A stretch of 64,000 bases of DNA from Dicyema japonicum. Its lineage: Eukaryota > Animalia > Dicyemida. Numbering within the stretch: position 1 is the first letter of the stretch; every line of letters begins with the position of its first letter. The stretch spans positions 325,481 through 389,480 of the forward strand of contig RDEW01000034.1 in assembly GCA_011109175.1 (NCBI GenBank), in the 5' to 3' direction. The notes below the pieces were generated by a model. The model was not told the origin of the DNA. It did no database searches and saw only the letters and a program-made list of their open reading frames with translations. A program made the position numbers and the translations under genes. Shown in pieces: positions 1 through 12,966 of this stretch.

Positions 1-784
1 TTATCTGTTTCTCGCGAATTGCAGCTTCGAGGTGGAAAACTGCTCTAAATCGCGCCAAAATTCCATCAATTGTTTGTTTTTAATAATATGAACGCTCGCT
101 GTGAACTTAAAGTTCAATCAAGGAATCCTCAATTTTGGGATCATCAGTTTCAACAATCGTAGTTAAAAATTGATTTATAATCCGAGTGTTGAATGGATTG
201 GGTGTTGAAAAATAAATTTCGAACATTGATCGATTGCAACCCGAATGCTTTTTCCATAAAAAAATAATTAAATGCGATAATCATTTCATTAAAATATTGC
301 TGAGACGAATAATCTGGCTGATTAAATCTAAATTATTTTAATTTTTGAAGTTTTTGATGATTGACTTATTCAATATCGGCAGAATATGTCATTCAGTTCT
401 TGTACGTAGTAGAATGTGGACATAGGATCAGTTTGTCATATAAAGAGTACTGATCCACAAACAGATATTCTAGTTGGAATTAAAACTAATAATCACAGAT
501 TTAGTGCGATTAGAGAATTGTCCTCAAAATTATTGCCTAAGACTTTTATATCGAAAATAACTACCCACTAATTACATTCCTCTCACGTGTCTTTGCTTCC
601 CTCAAATTAAGGTTCTTTCCAACTGTTTACTATTATCCTCTTTCACTATAGGCTGCCTGTTTACTATTATCCTCAGAAGTTGGATGGATCGTTTGATTAC
701 GGATACTGGATTACCTAATTGTCTGACGTTTTTTTGTCTTTCTTTTTTGGTGATTCGTGGTTTCTAAATAAAAAGAACAGTGAG

Positions 785-852
785 ACAGCTCGAATCTGCA
801 AATTGGTGTATTTTTGGGATTGAACAGCTCGAATCTGCAATTTGGTGTATTT
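785..852. repeat. Short tandem duplication (about 29-bp unit, 39-bp period)
   Basis: acagctcgaatctgcaa(a/t)ttggtgtattt occurs at 785-813 and 824-852. Confidence 0.85.
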
Positions 853-856
853 AATA

Positions 857-1020
857 GAAATACACGTGAGATCCGGTGGCTTCTCCAGTTGATCTCTGTT
901 GCAATCGTGAGAGGCAACGCAACGTCGATAATGTCGGCGGGGTCCACTTTGGATAGATGGCAGTTTTAAATAAAAGAATAAATTTGTGTTGGTTTAAAAA
1001 ATAAATTTGTTTTTTTAATA
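857..1020 (+). mobile_element. CRE-like non-LTR retrotransposon, 3' end fragment
   Basis: + strand reads WLLQLISVAIVRGNATSIM, matching the CRE-clade C-terminal motif (W/F)LxQRISxAIxRGN; followed by an A/T-rich tail. Confidence 0.65.
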
Positions 1021-1034
1021 AAAATGTAGTAGTC

Positions 1035-1260
1035 ATTGACGAGTAAAGTCTTCAGGCCCAAGACGGTCCCTTTTCTAAGATTGCTTGAGTCACTGATATT
1101 GAAAGGGGGTAATAATCGGCGGGAAACCGAATGGCTGTTCCAAAGGATTTCTCTGGAAGTTGTCAGGGGCAACAGCCATTCCATCCTCTCAGCTGGATTA
1201 TTTTGATTGTTTTGTTACGTAATAATTCATTTTTGTTAAAAAAATTATAAATGATAAATT
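1035..1260 (+). mobile_element. CRE-like non-LTR retrotransposon, 3' end fragment
   Basis: + strand reads RETEWLFQRISLEVVRGNSHSILSAG, then a T/A-rich tail. Confidence 0.7.
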
Positions 1261-2260
1261 TTTGTTTGTCTGTCTGCAGTATTGTTTTTTTAAATTAGGT
1301 AATTTTTTCTGCTCGTGATTTCCAGTGTAGTGAAATTGATTTTTATATATCAAAGCAATGCTATGGACTGCAAGAAGCTGATCCTCGTCAGAATAAGGCT
1401 AATACTTTCACAAAATGAAGTACAATGACATTCTGGGATCAAATGAAGATTGCCATTACGAAAACTCTTCTACCGAAAAATGAAGTGACATCCTTGCCGG
1501 TAGTACGTGAGATGAAAATGGAAGAGGGCGGACCTACTTCACCTCTTTCGGAAGTGGAAGTCTATAATAAACTATTTAAGGATGGATTTGGTCGATACAT
1601 GTAAATGCTCTCTCTTTGGTCCATTCTTGAATTTATTAGTTGTGCCTGTTTGTGCTGGGCTCACCAGAGATTGTAAGTCTGGGGTGAATAGCAAACTGGA
1701 AGAAACGAATCGGGCTAGAATCTGATATTAATCATTTAAAATTCGTCCACTTAAATATTCGATAATAAATAAGACAATTTAAAAAAAACAACCAATTATT
1801 TGATTCCAGCTTCTAATAAATCTCTGACACTTCTTGCATTCTTCTAGTTTCACAAGTGTAGAACATTAGAGCCATTGCAAATGCCTTCGAAGGAGTTCGG
1901 TGTGTCGAAATTTTAAATTTATAAAAATTAGTCATTTTTAGGTCAAAATTTTAAATTTATAAATTTAAAGTGATTTCAAATTTTCAATTTATTACTGGAG
2001 TATTGGTCTCACAAGTGAGTTATTCAGGCGGAATTCTGTATCCACATGGATCCTTTTAAGGACAAACCAAGTTTTTTTGATCTTGTGCTGTTTGGCGTTC
2101 GTTTAAGTTTTTCTTCTTGTTGTGTCCAGCTTTTTTAAATCCGTGACTTCAGTTGTGTCTGGAGTTACAGTTAAGAACGTTCTGTCAACCTGCAGAGTAT
2201 TTGCTTCAATAAAAAGTGAGTGCTTCTTTGTCGTTTGAAATAAAGTCCACGTCATTAATT

Positions 2261-2585
2261 AATTTATTAACCCCGGATACACCGAGAAAAGTTAAAAGTA
2301 ACAAATAGTTATGTGTATCTAGTTTCCACTGCTACAGAAACAAAGTCCACCAGAAACCAGAATAAAATGTAAAAGACGTCCATTACTGGCAGTTGTGGAA
2401 ACCCCTCCAATGGAATGGGAGTAGCAAATGATCTTTTTTCGTCCCAGTCTAGCACTGGGCTCCACCTGAGAAAGGTGGATCTCATGACACACTCTAGTAG
2501 GAAGGGGAAAAGGAGGAAGAGACAAACAAACAGAAAACCTTAACTAATAAGCCACGTAGCACCACATGGCGCCACGAGGCAATAC
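2261..2585 (-). mobile_element. SINE-like family B, near full-length copy
   Basis: Reverse complement aligns along about 320 bp with 59793-60121 (gtggcgccatgtggtgct... to ...ctcggt(gt)atccggggttaataaa). Confidence 0.85.
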
Positions 2586-2734
2586 AACAACATCATTATG
2601 TATGCTATTGTGCTCGCTCCACTTCAAAGAGCGGCTCCTGAATATTTAAAAATATAATTTTACTTGTTTGTTTAATTTATGATTTTAAATAAAAATTAAT
2701 TTTTGTTAATTTCTCCGGTGCTTTTTAACCTTAT

Positions 2735-3250
2735 TTTTAAACGACTTACCCTGCCCTGAGGTTCTGATATCATTCTAACATACGCAGACGATTTAATTAT
2801 TGCGAGCAGGAATAAATACGTGGATATGACAAAATCAGAACTTCAGTCACATAAACGACCTAGGGGTTTGGCCGTTTTCGAACCGACTTTCAATATCCAC
2901 GGAAAAATATTAATATAACATTTTTACTACCAAACGAAGACAAAAGGATACGGTGGAAATCAGCCTTGATTATTCCAATGAAAACACATCCAAGAATACT
3001 GGGAGTGACCCTGGACCCCATACTCTCTTTCTCCCAACATGTGAAGGATGTTATGGCAAGGGGCCTTTGGAAACTCAACGTCAAAAACCTTTCTAAACTC
3101 CAGGACCCAGCCGTCTTATACCACCAGTTCTTAAAGCCTATGGTGGAGTATGCCTGTGCTACCTGTGCTTACGGAATTTCAAAGTTTTACAAGATAAATT
3201 CCCTAAGAACAAAAATGGTTCGCATAACTAATCGCTCTGCTCAATTATTC
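2735..3250 (+). mobile_element. APE-type LINE reverse transcriptase fragment (I/Ingi/Jockey-like)
   Basis: IILTYADDLIIAS near 2770; HPRILGVTLDPILSFSQHV and LYHQFLKPMVEYA in ORF 2966-3646; frameshifted. Confidence 0.8.
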
Positions 3251-3329
3251 CGTCCTTTACTCGACAACGCGACAGTCCGGAATAATAGTTCTGGCTTCAT
3301 CAGTCTATGCGGCTCAGAGTCTGATTGCT

Positions 3330-3620
3330 TCTACCAATCAGCGATGGAAGCCGCCGGTAAACTTAAATTAGGAAAAAGCCCAGGCCTCTCCAAATTCTGG
3401 ATTCAGAAAAGCTTTGTGTACTATGGAGGAGAACATCAAAAAGCTATCGATCATGTTGAGCTCTACCGGGATCACTTAATTAGATGGTTTAACTCCTTCT
3501 TTCTTGGTGTTCCCTTTTCGAGGTTAGATAATAATAACTGCGGAAGTGGGCTTCTCCTCGAGAAGGAAAATTACATGAAGAAAATTGGTAGAACGGATTG
3601 TAGAGTGCACAAGCGGAACC
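3330..3620 (+). mobile_element. Second RT fragment (N-terminal domain 0) fused in frame to the first
   Basis: MEAAGKLKLGKSPG resembles the RT domain-0 motif xAIxxLKxGKSPGxD; it lies out of order behind an RT C-terminal piece. Confidence 0.4.
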
Positions 3621-3659
3621 CTAAGTATTCATATGCTCATGGGTAACGCGGAAGCGCTA

Positions 3660-4350
3660 TTAAATAACTAACTTGTCGTAAATCTAAGAAATTAGCAAAT
3701 GATGTGTCTCCAAGAGTTCAACCTTCTCAGGTGGGAAAACTAACGCTCTGTGAATCTCCAACTTTAGAAGATTCAAGTTTCGTCTTGGAAGATTATGCTA
3801 ACTTGGACAATCTTGCAGTGTTAATTGGAATGAAGGGGGACTTTTGGAAGACGTAGCTGTTAGAAGGAAGATGGACCTCCGATCTCTTCTGTTTATGAGA
3901 AAGTAGTAAAATTGGAAAATTGGTTTTCCTGTTCGAGGGAGTTATTGTCCCTTGGCTTGTTTACGGATGTGAGGGATGGTACAACCCATAGGAAAAACCA
4001 GATAATGTCGAGTAAGAAAAGACAAGAAGAGTTTGTATCAAATTTACACATAAAATTGAATAAAGGTACAAGTTGCAAAAAACCCAATAACTTGGCTCTT
4101 TAGTTTGTGATTAATTTAGGCCGCTTGAATGGATAGGCTGCTTCTACCGACAATAGCTATCAAATTTGCTGTTGAAGCCATCCAGTCTTACGTTAATACT
4201 TGGTGGCCTTTTGGATCATTAAGCCGATCCAACAAACTGTGTCATATATTGATTTTTGCAGGAAAGTGGCGGTCATGAACTGGATAAGTACCCTTGTTTC
4301 TTGTATTAGGAAAATTCATAGTAAAATAGAACAATTTAATGAAAAATAGA
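3660..4350 (+). pseudogene. Possible decayed host-gene fragment, product unknown
   Basis: Coding-like stretches (...VEAIQSYVNTWWPFGSL...) and a 23-nt GT-AG candidate intron at 4239-4261; stops elsewhere. Confidence 0.25.
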
Positions 4351-6542
4351 ACATTAAGTAGTAATATCCTTGGTTGGATCAGTTACCCTAGTGGTCAATT
4401 GATCGAATGGCTGAGGTGACTTAGCTAGGTCTAATACATCCCTTATATCCTCAATATGAATATCATTCCATTTCGAAACTCAAGAGACATAGAAAATGAA
4501 ACTTTCAGATACAAAGAAAAGTCGGACGCATTTATGTCTGGGTTGGAATCCCATATGCCCCAAATTGGAGGACCTTAGGATGTCCGTCTTTATGAAGAAC
4601 AAAGGAACCATTAGTTAATCACCTAATAAGATCCTTGATGCTTAAAGACACTCTACCATTAAAAGAGTTAGCCGCAAACTATATTTAATCGTATGTCCAA
4701 CAGATGAGCACGTTGTTAAAACAAAGCTCTAACCCTTCATCAGACAACATCTTATATATCATTACTATACTCGTAGGAGTTTTCTACAATACACACGATT
4801 GATGTAATAAGTCATCGTTTCCCCTTCTATAAATAACTTAGCTGTATAACTCTTAGGCATTTGAAGACAACTCCATCCCAGGTAAATAGTGGAATAATCT
4901 TCACTTGAGAATATTAAAGAAGCGAGAGCCCTTCATCAAGAAGCACATGCTTGTGATGCTTCTCAACTTGATTATGGTAATACTACCAGATAATTACGAG
5001 TTCAATGGAAGTTAAATGTGAGAATATACAAAAGTACATTCATTATAATATATGCCAATTATGGGAGTCTCCATTTTAATGGAACTGTGGAGATGGCAAC
5101 AACAACAAAGAAGCGTGAATTAATAATTTATATTAAATTTAAATAAAAAATTAAATATATAACAACTTGAATTATTTTTAATAATAATCACCGGTTGTAT
5201 GATTTACCACCAAGGAAGCAGAGTCCGGTGGATTTGGAAGAAACTTGATGACACAGAGAGTGTTTGGGACTCGTGAATTACATCAGATGAATCAGAAGAT
5301 AGATATCATCTATAAGTTTAAAATAATATCTCAAAGGTTAATAAGAAGAATGTTCAAGTTATCCAACTGAATAAACATCTCCTTATATGCAGGTGTAAGA
5401 TGAACTCGATGAGTAATTAGAAAGCTACGTACTGATGAGTCAATTACATCATCCTCACGAGGTTCTATTAAAATAGTCTTTTTGAGTACCCCGTAAGGAT
5501 GTCAGTTGACACATTAGTCCAACGTGAAAAATCGCCCATAAACGGGCATACAGGGAGTTCATCGGTATCCGAAAGAAACTTTGGTAAATAATTTCCGACT
5601 CCAAAATGGGGAAAATTTCTTAATATTGAGGTTTTGTCCAAAAAGGAAAATTTTCTTAAAAAGCGAAATAAAAAATTGTGAAAAATTACTTTTATAATAA
5701 AAATTGCTATAATATGTATTAAAAACAAAATGAATCATCAGTAGGGCCATTTAAATGCCAATGATTTTTTAGATTTTTATTTTTTTGATGAATAAATCTG
5801 CCATTTTCATTTTTTGGTAGTGAATGCACAATATCTGCTGTAAATCTGTATAGTTTATGAACATTGTCATGAGTTTTTGTTTGATTACATAAAAATGCTT
5901 TTGAGAGCACGTGTCATATCATTTATCACTTCATACTCTAAGTGTCTCGCTGTTATCTTCAATGCTAAGATTATCATAAAATGTCTCTAAATTTTATGAA
6001 TAATTAGCTGGTGCCGTGTAGCTACCTGAAGATTTCTCTTCCTTCTTTATAATGGTGTCAACGGATCACCGTATTCAGGAGATGTCCAATGCCTCTATCT
6101 CTTTATTCCACCGGGAGATTATTCCGTTACTTGTCGGCGAGTTCTGGCTTCAACCTCAGCTTTCCGGACAATATCATCTGAACCACTGTGCTTGGATGAG
6201 GGCTCTACTGGGACGCGTCAGATTATGGGATTAGTCAGAATGGTTTTACCCTTGATCTTTGGAATAATTTCATTCAAGAACACTGCGGCCAAAACGTTCA
6301 GTTTTGAAAAAAATGGAGTTGAGAAATATCACCATAAAGAATTATGCTCAATAGGCAGGTCCCAGACTTTTTGAGATAAATGAAGTGCAATAGTTAAACT
6401 TTTTTGATATATTCTTATAATGTATCCAAATGTACAAGCAAACGATATGATACGCATACTTTAAGTAGTCCCATTTCGCGGATATCGAGACAACTCGCTA
6501 CACGTTCCTTATATAAATTCATTTTGTCATACATCAAAAATT

Positions 6543-6713
6543 GGCCGGATGGCTTAATGTAATAAGTTACGGATCAAAACCATGAGGTCCCTGGTTGAAT
6601 CTCGCTGCTGTCTATTCGGTTGAAGATTCCACGCATTATAATGCTTGGTGTTAACGATGTTTCAACACTGCGAAACTGGACTGTCTTCTGGGACTCCACA
6701 AAAAAAAAAAAAA
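6543..6713 (+). mobile_element. tRNA-derived SINE family A, diverged copy
   Basis: ggccggatggcttaatg head; gaatctcgctgctg...ggttgaagattccacgcat...actgcgaaactgga shared with 15783-16101; ends in an A14 run. Confidence 0.75.
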
Positions 6714-6764
6714 CGAGAAGTCAAGAACATTTTCAATGTCACTTCTTATAATTTATTTCTTTTT

Positions 6765-7010
6765 TTTTTATTTAAAAAAATAGAACTAACAAAAAGGTCA
6801 TAGCGGTCGTCCTGACCACGTCTATTCTCTCTAAGGATAGCGACGTGGTTTGCTCAAATAGCCAGCAGCGCTCACGGGGATTTCCCATTAGTGCAGAAAT
6901 CTGATTCCCTAGACGACTCAAGAATTCGAGCGTCACAGGGGCAAGAGAACTAGGCGTTTCAACAGCGAACGGAAAAACAAAAATCCTCATTACCGCGTAC
7001 TTTGCAAGTT
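6765..7010 (-). mobile_element. CRE-like retrotransposon 3' end (REL domain C-terminus)
   Basis: FPFAVETPSSLAPVTLEFLSRLGNQISALMGNPRERCWLFE; closely similar to 11215-11469. Confidence 0.8.
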
Positions 7011-8120
7011 TTTACCTCTCGACCTTTTTAAAATAAAGTGTGATTTCTACCTAAGGTGAGGTTTAAGTAAATAGAAACAATTTTTTTATAGAGCACAAAA
7101 TGAAGTCACAAGAATTCGGTTGGATTTGACGATTTTTTCTATGAACTGTATTTTATCACGTTCAGTCTTATCTATTCGGTGACCACGACGAATTCATTAT
7201 GAAATTCGAATACACATGCTTGATTTTTGAGGAAACTCATTGGAATCCGAGTAAGTTACTAAAATGTAAAAATCAGCCCAAATTCGGGTGTTTCTAATGA
7301 AAGTTCATTTCATAGCTCATCCCCCATCATGATTCTTAATAATATCTTCTCTTTGGTCCAATCTCCTTATATGAATTCTTAATGTTTGTGAAATTTTATT
7401 AAAGATTCTTCTCTTCCTTATTCATATCCGAGGACTTCATGAATTTCGAGAGTGACTATATTGTGTCTCTATTGTTGCATGTAGTCTACCAAGACAGACT
7501 CGTCTGTTTACCTTAGACTTGGATTGCCATAATGAATCGATCCCTGTCTATTTCACATAGGATTCTCATGAGGTTGTCGTTTCGATATAATTCTATTTGT
7601 TCCGCGTCTGCGTGATCCTCAATACTAGTCTCTAACCTTCTCCTATTCGATCCTAGGCTCTGCAGACAAATGAGGTCTTTATCGTCCCTTAGTGTTCTGT
7701 TCATTGGTCTCAGGTTACCATTAAGAACACGAGAAGCGTTGTACCACGACAAACTCGGAACTTTTACTATTTGAAAAACTTTTGACAGATGATCTCACAA
7801 GTCTTTCAATTTTTAATTGACTTGAATCATACGTGCCTTGAGCTTCCAATGTTCTTAATGACGTCATTTCGTCTATGCTAACAAGAAAGAAGTTGTTTGC
7901 TTTAGTAGATATTCTAAAAATCTTATTTTGACGTGAAAAGTAGACATTTCGACAATACAGGTGGTCGACGGTTCAACCTTCAGAGTCACTTGACTGTCAT
8001 ACATGCACTCTCTAGATTCGAATTTGAATCTTATGTGTACTTGGCACTCACTATTCAAACTTTGGCTACGATGTCTCCCGAGTCTGTCACCTCGTTCCAT
8101 GATCATGGGAGAAATATATT

Positions 8121-8297
8121 AATTTATTAACCCAGGATTCACCGAGAAAGATTTTAACAGTAAATAACTACTTAAAAGAATCCAGTTTCCACTGTCATAG
8201 AAACAGAGTCCTTTACGTCACACAAGTCCATGCAGAACCACTACAAAAGTAAATGACATCCATTCATAGCAGTTGTGAAAACTCCTCCAGTGGAGTG
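8121..8297 (-). mobile_element. SINE-like family B, 5'-truncated copy
   Basis: aatttattaacccaggattcaccgagaaag...agtttccactgtcatagaaacagagtcc...gcagttgtgaaaactcctccagtgga aligns with 2261-2420. Confidence 0.8.
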
Positions 8298-9689
8298 AAA
8301 GATTGCTGGATTCGCTGTGTTATCCTAGTTTCTTCCTAAATTCTCAGGAATAGCTTATCTGATTATAATGTTGTACCTGCAGAAACTCATACTGGTCGAA
8401 AACGTGGGAATTCTGTTGTCCTGGTGGAATTTCATGAACGACTGTCAAAAACTGACATTCTGATGAGATTTAGCTCTGAGGAGGTAGCCATGGCAGGTAT
8501 AGACTTAGCCTATTGACAGTTTAACGTACTAATTGGGTTAATGGTAGTACGAGATTCCTGCGATATCCTTCTTTAAGATAATCGTTGTTGAAAAGGTCAT
8601 CGGTGAGTTCGGAGATATTTGATGTTCAATGTGTCTCAATTGAGGAACAAGATGATGACAGAGTCGAAGGAGGTTAAAATCGTGAAGGAAGTGCCTAGTG
8701 GACGAGTGTCGTTAGTGGAGTGGATTGGAAGAGAATTTGTAAAAGAAGGTCGGTTGAAAAATTACGTGAGGAATAAATACAAGGAGAATGAAGGAGAGAC
8801 CGACGTGATGGAAGAGACTCAAATCGGAGGGACAATAGGAGGCATGAACGCAGAAGGTGACATGTATTATTTTATATATATTTCAAATTTAAAATTTTTA
8901 TCTCGATTTGTGATGGTTGCCAATGTATTTCTTTGTAACGATGTATTTCTTTGTTTAAGATGATACTCTGGGAGGTCATGGGCTCAGTACCCCCACTGGT
9001 TATTCGGTTGAAGATAACTCCTCACATCTCTTTGTTCCTAAGGCTAATTTGCGAGATTTATGTGCCACAATTGTGGCAGGTGGTGCCCAGTGCCCTGATG
9101 GCCATGAAAGAAATCATTTACCATTCCCTTACACTGCTGGTTAATTTCTTTGAGGGATCTCTACACATATTTAGGCTGAGTCTCGGTGTTGAAATGCGTC
9201 AGATTCCACCGTTATCTACTGTTCGACGCCTTTCTCTTACTATGATTTGTTCCTTTCTCGAGTGGAACCTATAAGGAGCATTCACTTTTTATCAACCCAC
9301 TAAATCGTTTCTTGGAGGTTCCCATGACTTCTAAAAGTTGGTCTTTCTTTTTTATCTCCATGGAAGGACTTATCGCGTAAAGATGAGCAGTCTATTATCG
9401 AAGTGGTCGCTTATTATGATATTAAGTTTGCTTTCTTGGAAGATATCTTGCCATGGTCTCCGATGATGTCATTGAATAAATAAAAAACTGGATAAACAGA
9501 TAATGAACTTTCCGAACATAGTATACTTGTATCTCAGACATGGACAAAAGTGGAGTTATACAGGGATCAATCCTCCGTCAGCCGCTGTTCAACATTGTCA
9601 TGGTGAACTTTCCTATGAAAAATTTTCCAAGCACGAAAATATTAATTTACTCAGAGAAGCGATTTTTTAAAGTCAAAACAATATCCGAA

Positions 9690-10990
9690 AGACGATTTGC
9701 TGTGTAAATAGAAGAGACGTTCCTCATTGTCTCTTCATAAGTGCTAAAACCGTCTTTGATCTACGACAAAGTTAAGGAGATTTGGAAACTGGCTGCCCTA
9801 GCGTATGGTTCGGACAGCACAGTTGTCTTCGAAGATAATATTGTGTGTTCTCATACCAGTGTGCAACAAGGGGATCCGCTTGGAACACTCCTTTTGACCT
9901 GACTGTCGATGATGTCGCATGCAATGTGCTTTCCCTATTCAACGTATGGTATATGGATGACGTGGAGGCCTTTATGACTCTCTCTTGAAAGATCTCCGTG
10001 TCATTAACAACTCTAAGGAGTCTTTGATTATCAAATCTCTATGTCCGGCAAAGATTTAGTTTTCGCTGCAGGAGCTTTAGAGATCAATTTACCGGAGAAA
10101 GGATCGGGAAGTGGGTGAATTTTAATTCCTCAAGATTTGCATTGGTGGCGACGGGAAAGCTCTTTCCTCGAAGGACTCTCTGCTACACTCAATATCCGAA
10201 AAACACTTAGGATTTAGGATGTCTCTATGCTAACGATCCTTGATTCACACATGGTGTTCTTCCTGCTGAAAAATTGTCTTCCTTACTCTTCGTTTTGGGA
10301 TGCTCGTCATCCTTCAAGCACAGGGACATCCTAAACACTATCAACTTTAAAATTCTTAGTGGAGGTAGTCCTTAATGTTTAACTTAACGATCTAGGCTGG
10401 AGGCAGTGCAAAATCTTGATCTTTAAAGATGGCCTCGGCCTTAGATCTTTAGCCGACATTACGCTCCTTGCTTTTCTTTTTCATGTGCTTCTTGTGTTTG
10501 CCTGTGGTCGAGATTTTACTCAACAAGATCTTTTCTTGAAAGTTTCGTAAATTGAGTTTTTAATAATAACTGAATTTCATTACAATTCCTTGGTTTATCA
10601 GTAAGTTTAAGGTTGTAGAACTAGTCACGTGGCATCCATATAGCCGATCTATTACGGATAGATTCGTAGTGGGTGAACAATTGAGAAAAGCTGATGAGAA
10701 GATTCGTGATTTATTCTCAAACTGAGAGTTACAGGCCAGATGGAATTATCATCGTTCTTCTCGACTGGGAAGCTCCAAGTATGAGATGTCCAGTGTAACC
10801 TCCTCTGAATGTTGCCAATACCGAAAAATTAAATTGGTGGAAGTATGCTGACCTCCTTGGTGGCTTGAAGTTTGTTCCTCTTACTATGAAAACCTTTGGA
10901 GCTCTAGGATACTCATCCCATGATTTCTTCAAAAAACTCGAATACCTAATTTTAGTCAGTTCGGGAGTCAGGACTGAATTTTTTTGTTTT
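9690..10990 (+). mobile_element. Decayed CRE-like retrotransposon (RT plus REL endonuclease)
   Basis: VQQGDPLGTLL and FNVWYMDDV (RT) at 9860-9965; RPDGI and WWKYADL...FVPLTMKTFGALG (REL) at 10730-10950; many stops and frameshifts. Confidence 0.75.
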
Positions 10991-11199
10991 TGTTTTTTAT
11001 TAAACAAAATAATTCGAAATTAATGATTCTAAACATGGAGTAAGAATTTATGAAATGATCGAAAGAACTTTAAGTCAAAATTTGGAAATCTAGAGGCCAG
11101 GAGCTATATGAGCATAGTTAGTATGCTTTTTAATGATAATGAGATTTAGAGAAACTATCATATAATTGCACTAACAATAATTTTATACATGGCCTTCAA

Positions 11200-11870
11200 A
11201 AAATTGTCTAATACTCATGCCACCATCAGCACCATAGTGAAAGCCATGATACTTTTAGCTGAGATTCGCTCAAATAACCAGCAGCGCTCACGGGGATCTC
11301 CTGATCGTGTAGAAATCCAATTCACTAGACGACTCAAGAATTCCAGTGTTGCAGGTGCAAGGGAACCAGACGTCTCAGCGGTGAGTAGACAAAAAATTAA
11401 TCGGTAGGACCGCATACTTTTCTCGTTTACGGCAGAAAAGCTCCAGAGACACTCTGGATTAGGTTGCAAGTAACAGACGTTTCGGTGCAGGTGATGTCCC
11501 TGACAAGAGCTTCCCCAATTTCAAAAAGTAAGGTGGTCATCTATCTAGTCGTTTCCCGTCACGCCTGCAAAGACCTATTGATTCGAGTATGAAGGGATGT
11601 CCGGCGGCGTCCAAAGCTCGTCTTACGACTTCGTTTAAGGCCATGCGTCTTGGAGATCTGCCTGCACTCTTCCTGCTTGATAGAGGGTGTAGGTCAAAAC
11701 AGTCGATCTGATCTGCACGGATGGGGCACACGGAATTTTAATCCCAGTCGTATTGAGATCCCATACGGACTTATTCATCATCTAGATGGCACTAAAAGTC
11801 CATTAGGAATGGCGTTAAGCCAGACACCGCTCTCTGAAGACGCCCTCGACAACTAACATGCATGGCGATG
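11200..11870 (-). mobile_element. CRE-like retrotransposon 3' region (zinc-finger remnant plus REL)
   Basis: ALNEVVRRALDAAGHPFILESIGLCRRDGKRLDR; AETSGSLAPATLEFLSRL...GDPRERCWLFERIS. Confidence 0.85.
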
Positions 11871-12966
11871 TTGGTTATGTGACAGATCTTCAATGCTATA
11901 ATTAATTAGTAATTTTGATTAAAAAACCCTTGACCTAGGTGAAGGTTAACCAGATACTTTTTATTTTGGATTATTTTAGTAAGACCTATTCTGATGTCTT
12001 TTGCAGATACTCAAATTATTATACTTCTTTTTTATCATATGGTTATGTTCACCCTGTTCAACAGAATATTCATGGAAAAGACGATCGCATGTACTATTTC
12101 GTTTAATTTTATAAATTATTTTACAATATTTATATTTTCATGAGTTAAACCGATAAATTATCTCTTTAACTGTAGCGTAGTTAAATACTATGTATAAAAA
12201 TTGCATTTCGGCATTTTTGTTTTAAAATTAATAAATGCACAATATTTGCATATTGTCAATTCTTCCTAGCAATGCATTGTTGCGGAATGTAATTGCTTTT
12301 AGTAATCGGAAGATTCCCTTTGAGGAATTTATAGACACATCTACGTACGGAAGTATAACACTATCGACAATAAAGTATAAAATAAATAAAAAACAAGTAT
12401 CGGCGACAATTTATGCAACTTTATGTTAATAAAAATCCTGAATAGTTTGAGGATTTGCAGTACAGTAAACTCTCTCAAATCTGCCATTTTTGGTTCCGGC
12501 GATTTTTGTGAAAGTTTGAGAAATGGATGGTTCTGGAATTTAATCAATTCAATCTGGAAATTTCAATTTGTGAACAGATTCGTACTCTTGGACAACTCAC
12601 CCAGACAGATATCACATTCATACCGCTCACTCTGAGAGACTTATGGGAGCGGATAGCAATCTAGGTAGACATTTGGAGGCAGTCATCTGCCTAGTTAGCT
12701 ATAGTTGAGTAATTAACTAAAACTAACAAGTTCGCTGGATCAATTCTTTTAAAGAATAATAAACCAAACTTTCCAATAATATCCAATGAACCTACACTCT
12801 CACTAACCATTCATTTTTATGTATCTACGTCTCACTTGGAAATCGTTGCATATCCTCATTTTCCTTAGTTGGAAAGACTTGCCATAAAACAAAAATAAAC
12901 ATTTCCATAAAAATAAAGCGAGCCACCCAATTGAATAAATTAAATTCATTAAATTAAACAAAACAA

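Noticed and set aside
2966-3646. 226-aa ORF as one functional gene
   Set aside because: It is an in-frame chimera of an RT C-terminal piece followed by an unrelated RT N-terminal piece.
8619-9540. RD-rich or gag-like (CHNCG knuckle) coding remnants
   Set aside because: Motifs are incomplete and interrupted by stops in all frames; no family can be assigned.
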